A stretch of DNA of 63,616 bases, the filler included, from Choristocarpus tenellus KU-1152 (Eukaryota > Protista > Phaeophyceae): assembly GCA_964200185.2 (NCBI GenBank). It is 13 parts of 13 records of this genome, joined end to end, with 100 filler letters (N's around TTAATTAATTAA, not from the genome) between each part and the next. Parts side by side here need not be neighbours in the genome. Positions count along the whole stretch, not along the records: positions 49,059 to 54,726 come from CAXNAD020010077.1; positions 54,827 to 57,818 come from CAXNAD020023080.1; positions 57,919 to 60,574 come from CAXNAD020025907.1; positions 60,675 to 63,616 come from CAXNAD020023479.1; 9 more parts are not named here. One strand, 5' to 3'. The position numbers were made by a program, and so were the translations under genes. Each line of letters starts with the position of its first letter. Position 1 is the stretch's first letter. This document shows positions 53,762 to 63,616 of the stretch, piece after piece. The notes under the pieces were generated by a model that saw nothing but the letters and a program-made list of their open reading frames with translations, searched no databases and was not told the origin of the DNA.

Positions 53762-53919
53762 CTTACCAGTCATACCCACATCGTATCATGACACACACCA
53801 TCATCATGGCATTAAAGAAAGGTCAAGTTGATTGGCAATAATGGGAAGGGAAGTGGGGGGGGAGAGGGAGGCGAGCAGAACGGTCCATTCCATTTGTTAC
53901 TGTTCACTGTCGAGACAGG

Positions 53920-54095
53920 TATCTCAGTACTATCTCAGTATTATCTCAGTATTATCTCAGTACTATCTCAGTATTATCTCAGTATTATCTCAGTATTATC
54001 TCAGTACTATCTCAGTATTATCTCAGTACTATCTCAGTACTATCTCAGTATTATCTCAGTATTATCTCAGTACTATCTCAGTATTATCTCAGTAC
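53920..54095 (+). repeat. Tandem array of 16 x 11 bp TATCTCAGTA(C/T)
   Basis: The units are identical except the last base (order CTTCTTTCTCCTTCTC). Lies in an AACS intron. Confidence 0.97.
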
Positions 54096-54826
54096 TATCT
54101 GAGATAAGTAATGTTTGAATCATTGATGAAGGATAGGCTGAGTGGGGGTGGGAGGTACAGATACACAAATTTGTGTGTTGGTTGCTTGCCTTCTTGGGCT
54201 GTTTGCCATGAAAAGCTCAGTAGTGGTAAGACTCTTTCTGATGATACATACCCTACTACTACATCTGAGATGAGTAACATAGTTGAGACTGAGGGTATAC
54301 CCCCATTTGAGTCCTCCACTACTTGAATAATTGTCTCTTTGATAGTATTCCAGATTGGTCCTTGTCAATCCCTCAGTTTAATTATTTAATTATTCCTTGT
54401 ACAACAAAAACTATTAATCTAGAAATAATTAAAAAAATAAAATACTCAATTCTTAGTTCTTAGTAGAAATAATAGTATTTCAATTCAACTTGTAATACTC
54501 CATAGCAAGTAAGTACCATGTGAGCAACTCAATCCAAAGCAACCAGCAGAGCAGGGTAGAAGCTGTTGATGGACGGAACTTTCTAAAGTACAGGTCTGTT
54601 GTATAATGTAAACAAACAACACTAGTACTAGTACACTCTAAACACTCAACACAACATATAAACACACTCCTTGTATAGTATACCAACATACATACAAACA
54701 GACCCAATGTATCTGGGGGGGGGGCGNNNNNNNNNNNNNNNNNNNNNNNNNNNNNNNNNNNNNNNNNNNNTTAATTAATTAANNNNNNNNNNNNNNNNNN
54801 NNNNNNNNNNNNNNNNNNNNNNNNNN

Positions 54827-54888
54827 CACGGTATAACGGTATATGGCATACGGCAATAACGGTATAATAACAGACAAACATGCTTTCC

Positions 54889-54890
<2 letters not shown>
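54827..54890 (+). repeat. Dispersed repeat family F (ACGGTA-rich terminus)
   Basis: A reverse-complement copy lies at about 60499-60563. Both copies are at contig ends. Confidence 0.75.
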
Positions 54891-54919
<29 letters not shown>

Positions 54920-57900
54920 TTGATACTAAGTAGTAGTATATGATACAAGATACAACTAGAGTAAATTGTAAATAGGGAAACATGGCTGACCTGACAATCA
55001 ACAAACACTACGTGACTCCCAATATAATGTTCTGAGATGTCCAACTCTATACCTGTCACAATTCAACATCATTCGTCCACTATAAAGCCATGTACAACCA
55101 AATTGAAAAACACTCAAATCAATGGTCGTCACTATTATTCAACATGATCAAGAAGCGTCAGTCAGGTATGTACAACCAAGCTCAGACATTAACAAGTCTA
55201 TGACCTTAGATCGTTTCAACATGTCTGGGCCGCATGCTGACCTGCAGTCATATGGTCAACAGTGGACACGCTAACTGCCTGCCCCGATGAAAGGCCTTGG
55301 TTACAATAAATATATGAAGTGGTACCAGTAGTAGCTTCGTCCTCTGTGGCAATCTTGCTTCTTTGCACTATAATATCATCACAATATTTATACAACAATA
55401 TATATATATATATATATCAAATGAAAGCTTATAACAAGAGCTTTTGAACGCTTGTATCCATGAATGTCCAGGCATCAGGGAACGAACAGCCGATTTCAAA
55501 AATTGAGGATGGAGCTTTTCATTGAGGATAAAAAAAAAAAAAAATTGACTGGGATAAAGTGTCGATATGTTTTTTTTTGTAATTGTCAATTTTTGAAATT
55601 GGCTGTTAACGGGAGCTATGTCCCGATCAAATAATTGCAAAAACGCAGGGGAACATCTCAGGCGCAATTTTGAAGGTCGTGCCTTCAAAACGGACAAATA
55701 TGAAGTGATTGACTTAACTCCCCGCAAAAAACTGATACGGGATACGTCAGCTGAAGCTTAACGCGTGTAGCGATACCGAGAAAAAAACAAGATTACATAT
55801 TTTTAGCACTCGAGATGGCAGCAAGATATGTGATGGTCAGGTCGGAGACTGTAAGTAAATGGAAGGGAGACTTCCTAACTAAGGTCCACATGAAGGTGTA
55901 GGAGCAAGGGCGCTACGAGAGGCGTTTCGTTCTGGGCGTCGATGAGGATATCCTTGCCGATGTCAAAGAGTGGGTGCGCAAAGACACAGGAAGAAAAGAT
56001 GGGAAGGCTTTTTCTTCCCCTAAACCATCTACTTCAATCAAGAAATAGTGCATCTGTTGCCACTCTTGGTGACCTACAATCCATGGTTCGAACCCCAATA
56101 TGAGCGCTCTTTCTTCAAAAAAAAGAAAAAATGGAGAAAAAACAATGAAGCCCGTACTCTGCAGGGCCTTGTGACGGGCATCCCGAATATCCTTTTTTAT
56201 CCGATGTCTGCATCCAAAGTTATGACGGGACAACTCCAGAGGGTGAAGGTACTGGTACCACTATATAATACATAATACAACCAACAAAGTACAGGAATTA
56301 TTTGAACGAGTACTATCTATGTGCACATACTGGAGTATAACTTGACATTTGATATGAACTATTATACCATTTTCATGGTTTGCATAGTAGTTGGTCTACT
56401 ACAACACGTAGTGGTCATGATGCGGACATGCCAGAAAAAAATCAGACTGTCCGACCCACGACAAACAAATACAATTTCCTATTGTACATGGTCTGGACAT
56501 GTTAGCCAATGCTAGAACCGGTCCAGCTGGCAAGTATGGACTGGTACAATACCCAGTGGGCATAGTCCGAATATGTTCGAGAATGCTTGAACCAGTCTGG
56601 GCGGCAAACAAAGAACGGTTCAATATTTAGTGAACATGGTCCAGGTTATGTAAATTAATTGTGGGTCTGGTCCAGCTATTAGACTGCACCATTGTCGTTT
56701 CCTGCCCCAGACAAAACCCCTGGTCATTTTTATCACGTGTTCCTGGTATTCCTTTGTTCACCAATACTTTTGTTGTTTTATCCCAATAGTACAACAGATA
56801 GTATCAGTAATTAAAAAAATGAAAACAGTGTATGGCAGACATGAACCAAGGCATCAGGGTGATCCAGTCTTCTATTTACAAACTTCACACCCACACCCAC
56901 CAATGGGGAGTCTGTCTCTAGAAATCATCTACTATGAATAGTACTATGTACTACAATACTTCAAGGTATATGATGAATATGTCTCTACTGAACATCCCAG
57001 TTTTCAAACCATTCACTGATAGTGACTGCAATATCTGTAAACTACCCTATACATTATATAGTCCATATCACATTCCCACAGTTTACCCAACCTTCAGTGG
57101 CAGCATCCACTCCTTCCCGTACTCAATCAATTGTAGTGTAGATTTACCCAAGATGGTGGTACACTGTTGTGATTATTGCTACTGGTGATGCCGTACAATC
57201 GCGACCTTTCTCTACTCGAGGTGAGCTTGGAGGTCAAACGGACCTGAACACCTTATTCTTGCTTGATGAACTGTGTAAGGAACAGAGGGAGACCCACTCC
57301 ACCTTACCTGGGTCTAAGGTTGTAGACAGAAAGGGAAGATTGCTCATGCTCAAACCCTAACCCTTGAAAATTGTAAATTTTAATCCTGATAGGATTGCTA
57401 TTACAGTATTGTGGTCGATGTTGATGTTGATATATATGATATTGATATTGATATTACCTACTAGGTAGGATAAAATGAAAATGGTACGGATCATTAACTT
57501 CAAGTCATGTCACCCCTTCACTGTCCATAAGATGTAAGCCTGGAACTTATGGAGGTAAAGAAGAATTTTGTACGACACTCTACAAACATAATGCATGTAT
57601 TACATCGACTCAATGTGTGGGTATTTGGTCTAGTGTGGGTGGGATCTTTTTGATGCCTTTCAAATATCTCCATTATTTCGTTCATCCAGGTTGTTCATCT
57701 TGGGTTCTATATCTCCACTTGCTTTGCTATTCACAACCCCCCAACCTAACACCTCCCAAGACATGTATATAACAGCCGATTTCAAAAATTGAGGATGGAG
57801 CTTTTCATTGAGGATAGGNNNNNNNNNNNNNNNNNNNNNNNNNNNNNNNNNNNNNNNNNNNNTTAATTAATTAANNNNNNNNNNNNNNNNNNNNNNNNNN

Positions 57901-57938
57901 NNNNNNNNNNNNNNNNNNCCCCCCAGATATTTTGACCC

Positions 57939-60498
57939 TCCTGAACTATATCCAAGGCATGCTTAGACCCCTTGTTGGCCATAAGCATAACATCGACATG
58001 AATGAGCGTGATTAGTACCAGTTCCCCATCCAACACCCACCTAAACAAACAAAGATCAGGCTCACATTGTTCCAGTCCCAGCTCCAGTAATGACGCCACA
58101 AGTAGAGCATTCCAAATACGTGATGCTTGGACAATTCGATACAGTGATTTCTGTAGCTTCCCAACCACCCCATCGAATTCAACCACCACCCCCTCTGGCA
58201 GCTCCACATAAGTCTTCCTCCAGGTCTGCATTGGTGAAAGCCCTCACTGCATCTGCCATACTCAGGCCCCATCCAAATCGTGCTGTCAGTGCCAGGATCA
58301 TCTGCAGGCTTGACATTTGTGCCGTTGGTGCGAATCTTCTATGCCAATCAATTCCAGGCTGTTGTCGAAATCCTTGTACCACCAGTCTTGCTTCCCAGCA
58401 CTCCACCAATCCCACTGCATTCACCTTCCTCGAAAAAATGAATTTCATTTTCAAGACATTTTCCTCAGTTGGCCTGGGAACCTGAACCCACGTGTCATGA
58501 GTATTTAATCTATCAATCTCAGCATAGATAGCCTCAAGCCACTCCTTGGACTCCCAAGACTCAAGCGCTTCCTTCACAGTGAGAGGTACTGGAGGTACCT
58601 CACTAGCCGGAGGATCCCCTGGCCAACCCAGTCCCAATTCATCACCAATCATCTCCTCCACCTAGTGTCTGACCACAAAGGCTGTTCGTCTAGTAGTTCT
58701 CTTATGTATCAGAGGAGTTTGTGATGGCCCCACATTTTACTCCCGGAGCCGAGACAGCATCCTGGGTTCAGAGGGTTGTGACTGCCCTCCTGACCCAAGA
58801 CTCCCACTCCCCTGCTGTGGAGGTCACGCCACCCTGTCCCCATTGATTTGTGCACCTCGTTCCAGACCCCAATTGTACAGTAGGACCCGACCCCAATTGC
58901 TCCTCTTCAGCAGTACCCGGCCCCAATTGCTCCCCCGCATTAATGCCTTCAACCAAACCCTAAAAAAAAATCCAGTTTCTTCACCAGAATCCCCAGGTGT
59001 CATTTCCCCACTCATGGTCACAGAAAAAAAAATTTCCCCCTCCACAGTGGCAACCCTGAAGATTGATATCCGGCGTCATCATGCAGGTTACTATCCCACA
59101 TGGACTCCCAACTGATGTCCTTTGAATCACGAGTCGCCCTGAACGTGGCAGCAGAATCCGGTAAGTGTGGGAAGGGTATTGGTTAAGAGGTGCAACACCC
59201 ATCATAAAGCAAGGTTCAGCACGTGGTGAAGACTTTGTGGGTCGTTTGTCGATGCGAGTGTATCGACGGCCACCCCAAATTGGAAGTTGTGTAACATCAG
59301 CAGGTCGCCCGTGCCATAATTCCCATGGACTTACACAGCCAGCATTAGCAGATGTCGGTGTCATGTTAGTGAAATCGTTGGCGTGTGGCATCGCCTCCGC
59401 TCACAAGGTTCGATCATTTTCCAATCTCGCACCAAATCGGAGTACAAGTGACTTTTCCCACACCAAGGCAATTCTCCTTTCAACCACCCCATTGTGCGGA
59501 GGTGCACAAGGCACAGTGTGCTCGTGTCGAATACCGTGCTTTTCCAGCATCGACTCAAAGGCAGCCCCAGTAAATTCCGTCCCACAGTCCGTCCGCACAG
59601 TTTTGATCTCTATCTCAGCGGGCTTCGCCACGTCGATCAAGAATCTCTCAAATGCAGACGATGTCGTTTGATCACTCTTGGTTCTCAAGTAATACCCAAA
59701 ACTCATTCGAGTACAGTCATCCACCACGAACATAGCATAATAATGCCCCTTCCCCTTACTTGGTTGTTCTTTCGGTCCAGTCAAGTCCACATACACACGC
59801 CCCCCCTTTTCCGAAGCCGATTCTCTGTCTCCTTTGGTATTGGATGCCGATGTCCTTTGCCGAGTGAGTAACCTCGACAAATTGGTCCAAGTCCCAGTCA
59901 GTAAAATATTCTGACCAGAAGCGTATTTCCTCACCATCCCCTGATGAACATGGCCTAATCGTACATGCACCTCATTGACATCCATTAATGCATTTTTCCC
60001 GGTCAAGTTAGTTCTTGGTGTGCTAGAAATAGGTGTTGAACCAGTGGTAGGGACATCAGTAGAATCGGAGTAATTCATCACACTCACTCTGCGCATCCCT
60101 AGGGAGAATAATTCCTTCTCCCCCAATGACGTGAAGGTGAGATTTCTTTCCCCGTCGTCCCTAAAAGTTGAGATTTTAGTGGAGTCGACAGACTGGAAAC
60201 TGTGACCATCTCGCATGCAAGCCTTGGCAGAATGCAAGTTCACACCAAGATCAGGCACCACAAGTACGTTAGTGACTACAACAGTCTCCAGTTTGCCACT
60301 TAGAACACATTCCAATTTGATGTCTCCCTTCCTCACGATGTCAAGTGTTCCACCACCTCCAACTGCAACTGTTCCATCACAAGAGTCCTAATTAAACATG
60401 TTTTTATTGGCCGTCGTAAAAATATGTATGGCTCCACTGTCCCAAATCCAAACCTCAACCCATGACCGTCTCTTGAAAGGAAGTGATTTTACCTTGCT
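57939..60498 (-). mobile_element. Ty1/copia pol (protease, integrase, RT), partial, with frameshifts and stops
   Basis: WIWDSGAIHIFT; VHVRLGHVH; VYVDLTGP...IKTVRTDCGTEF...NGVVERRI; PLTVKEAL...WLEAIYAE...ARLVVQGFRQQPGIDW...AFTNADLEE; KLQKSLY.IVQASRIWN...IHVDVML. The domain order is copia-type. Confidence 0.93.
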
Positions 60499-62581
60499 GT
60501 GGAAAGCATGTTTGCCTGTTAATTATACCGTTATTGCCGTATGCCATATACCATTATACCGTGGTACCGATTGANNNNNNNNNNNNNNNNNNNNNNNNNN
60601 NNNNNNNNNNNNNNNNNNTTAATTAATTAANNNNNNNNNNNNNNNNNNNNNNNNNNNNNNNNNNNNNNNNNNNNTCTATCCACTTGTAGTAACCAATCCA
60701 GTAGGGTCTTGTGACCCACTCATCCATATAGGACAGTCTCCTCCCCCTTATTGACATCCCCAGTATCCTCTTGTTTGCTTTTCCCGAAGACTGGAAATGT
60801 ATGACTCGCCCTGCCCTCCTGTTGTCTCTCCCTCTCGAGGTGGTCAGCCTGAGTATCCATTCTCTTTCCTTTCTCCTTGTGCCACACCTTGACAAGGGTA
60901 CCTCTGGGTCACGAACAAAGCACACTTTGTGTTTCCTTGGCTGGCCACCTGCACTAGAATTCTGACTGATCGAACTGTTGGTTATTTCTGTACCTGAAAG
61001 TGGTGGTCGCAGGTTAGGAGAACGCAAATAAACAGCGAGATCACCAATGGACGACAAGAGTGAGTGTGTGAACAATGCGGAACCTACTCCACAGAAGTCG
61101 ACACTCAAGGAACACACAACAATAACGCTGCCAGCACCCCCATGCAATCTCGAGATCTTCCCTCAACAGAGGTAGGACATTGATGCAAACCAGTGCAGAC
61201 AGTAAGGCGACCTGCACTCTCTTACACAGCCTCAGGTTTGTAGAAAGAGGCCCTGAAGCTGTGATCCGGAATGCAGGCCAACGGTGTGAACATGGGTAAA
61301 TGCCCTCACTTGTGTTCACAATCCCCATTCCTTGCTGAGGGTGGACCGCGGACGCGACGATGTAGGCCCTTTCCCCCCAACTGGAGAGAAGTGGAGATTG
61401 AGATGAGTCCATAACATCCCAAGGAGCTATCAACAGTCCCATGTGGTGGGCTGAGTTTTCTCTCCAGTTGGAAGAGACAAGGTAGGACCTCCATGTTACA
61501 AAACGCCCCACATGCTCATCGTCATGGACCTTGTAGCTCCAATCCACAAGCCTGTAGAGTGTACACAAGGCTCATCAAGGGTTTCATAAAGAAAATGTCG
61601 TCCAATACGCTGGATCTCTCACTTCCATTGTTCACATTATTGCTTCCAAAGGGGTATAAATAGGACTGAACAAACATGTACCACCTCTATGCAGCATCAG
61701 AACGACTAAATAATATGTACATAGTCAAGAAGTACAAATATGTATAATCGAGGACTTGAAGGTCATATTAGCATCTATGAAACCGCCATTAAGACATTGC
61801 CTGTGACAGGGTCTCATTGAATTCAGTGACGATAAAGACAGAGTGCAATTCTGATAGATTTACTTCATTTATAAAGTTAAGGATAAAATCTGAGCATTGT
61901 GGCTAAAATTGAGAACTCTGTGTGTTAAGAATCGAGGGGGGATGATGATGACTACTGTTGAAATCACATTATGTGTCAAGACCAGGGGAGTTTGCCAAAC
62001 ATTGATATTGTTGGTAGAAAGATATGCGTGATTAGTTAGGTGTTCGGTTGGGTGGGAGGTAGACCTATTTTTATTATGCCCTAAGACATTTTGCAGATGT
62101 ATCAGGGGGGAAACCAATGAAAACTATTCGCATGTCAGAAAAATCCCTAAAATAGTAACAGTTGTCATTAATGTGAAAAATATTGATCTATTTACTATTT
62201 TACTACAAGCTATGCTCTACCACTGCCTTCCTGTGCCTACAACCTAGCTTAGTCCTGCATATCATAAGGACCTTCGGTCTATCAAGAAATTAAAGGTGGG
62301 CGGAGAGGTATAACGCATATTTAGCCCTAGCGCTACAACAAATTCCTCATGTATCGTCAAAGGTTAGATTCTTAGTCATCCCTTACTGTCAACCAAACAA
62401 AAACCCAATTATACACACTGGTTTTCATATATGAGGTGGAATTTGCCAGTCTTTTATTCCAGACATGAGTAACTGACAATATTTATGTCGTGAACCTTGA
62501 CAATCAATGGATTGAAAAATATTCAAGATAATATGTGAACATCTTTAGATATTCAATCTTTCTTCCTAGGTGGTATTATGT

Positions 62582-62885
62582 TAGAGCGCGCTCCAGAAGC
62601 TTACCTCCACAGGACGTATAGCTCCAATCTACAGGCCTATAGATGATACTGATGCACGTATAGGACTCCTGATGCACAAATCGTCAAGTATACTGGATCT
62701 CTCACTTGGATAATGTTCAATATCATCGTATAAAAAGGAACTGGTCAACGATGTCTTATCACAATCAGGGACCATTATGACCAAATAATAAGTAAATAGT
62801 CAATAAGTACAAAATATATCAAATCTAGGACTTCAAGGTCATGATGGAGTTTATGAAACCGCCATCAAGACGTATCGCCTGTATC
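62582..62885 (+). repeat. Dispersed repeat family C
   Basis: Shares CACAAATCGTCAAGTATRCTGGATCTCTCACTT...AAGTACAAATAT with about 16300-16498 and about 61590-61800. Its 5' part matches about 14310-14390 in reverse. Confidence 0.75.
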
Positions 62886-63445
62886 AATTAGACACGATCG
62901 ATCGCTTCTTCCTTCCTAGTTGTATTCCCTAACCAAACATCCCAAGAATACTATTATATGCCAGCATGATAAGCATTTCCTCATTGGACAGGTGAACGCA
63001 GAGCTGGCATTTTGTTTTTTTGTGCAATTTAAAGTAATTGAAAGGTGCTCATGAGTCACGTCAAGCTCTGAAGAACGGTGTATTATTTTTACCATTATAT
63101 TATTCTTATTACTTCTCCCACTCTGAATGTCTGCGACTATCCCGCCTGTGGTGAGAGGTACTACACATTACGCTACTTCTCAATCTAGTTCTTAACCAAC
63201 TGTTGTACTACGACTTACTGTACTGCCTCTATCCCTTCCTTGCTTCTTGCACATTGGGTTCAGCAATCCCACCACGCGTTGCTCTGTCTCCCCTCTCGAA
63301 TCTTATCTCGGACTCGCCTTGGAGTTTCCCCCTAGATCTTGGTCCGAAGTTTTTGTGATATAGCTACAGACTGGATAGTGTGGGTGGTGTACAATCTGAT
63401 GTGCTTGCCGCGTGGAAGAGGATTAGGATAATCGAAATCATATTT

Positions 63446-63610
63446 GCCTCAAAGTATCGGGGGGGGGATGGCGGCTGTCCATTTTTACATGTGGCGATTT
63501 TTGGGAGATTTGGTTCCGTTCGTCGGATGGATAAAGAAAGTGTACTTTTCCTGGTCAGTCCCGAATTGACACTCTGGTGTAGACCCCCCCCCCCCCCGAT
63601 ACTTTGAGGC
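63446..63610 (+). mobile_element. MITE family A variant with perfect TIRs
   Basis: GCCTCAAAGTATCGGGGGGGGG / CCCCCCCCCGATACTTTGAGGC. Flanks are ATTT and ATTG (3 of 4 match). Confidence 0.9.
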
Positions 63611-63616
63611 ATTGCC

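Noticed and set aside
53920-54095. CRISPR-like array or repeat-protein ORFs (SQYYLSIISVL)n
   Set aside because: There are no spacers. It is a head-to-tail 11-mer in a eukaryotic intron, and the ORFs are a by-product of the repeat.
5569-60674. Recurrent TTAATTAATTAA palindrome, and ORFs ending in ...LIN
   Set aside because: This is an artificial linker between contigs, not biology.

Overview
This is eukaryotic DNA, not one continuous locus. It is 13 short contigs (about 2.7-8.2 kb each) joined by an artificial 100-bp N44-TTAATTAATTAA-N44 linker. The organism is inferred to be a photosynthetic stramenopile, possibly a brown alga or close relative. That inference rests on a nuclear intron-containing DXS gene, short exons with introns up to about 1-2 kb, TTAGGG motifs and algal-type retroelements. 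I could splice five host genes by hand with phase-consistent GT-AG introns: a FAM192A/PSME3IP1 (NIP30) homologue (partial), the last exon of DXS, part of a GBF1/GNOM-type Sec7 ARF-GEF, a complete type II membrane GT10 fucosyltransferase with an extra DUF1647/GT-A-like N-terminal domain, and the last three exons of acetoacetyl-CoA synthetase. The rest is largely decayed transposons: three Ty1/copia, one Ty3/gypsy, mariner-like, CRE-like non-LTR and several non-autonomous families. Three things stand out. (1) The two-domain glycosyltransferase has an apparently degenerate first domain. (2) A decayed bacterial-type thrS fragment lies antisense in an intron and shows CpG-type decay. (3) Two high-copy MITE families have different interiors but share termini, a subterminal motif and 4-bp target-site duplications (TSDs). 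All family assignments come from motif recognition by eye; no database search was run.
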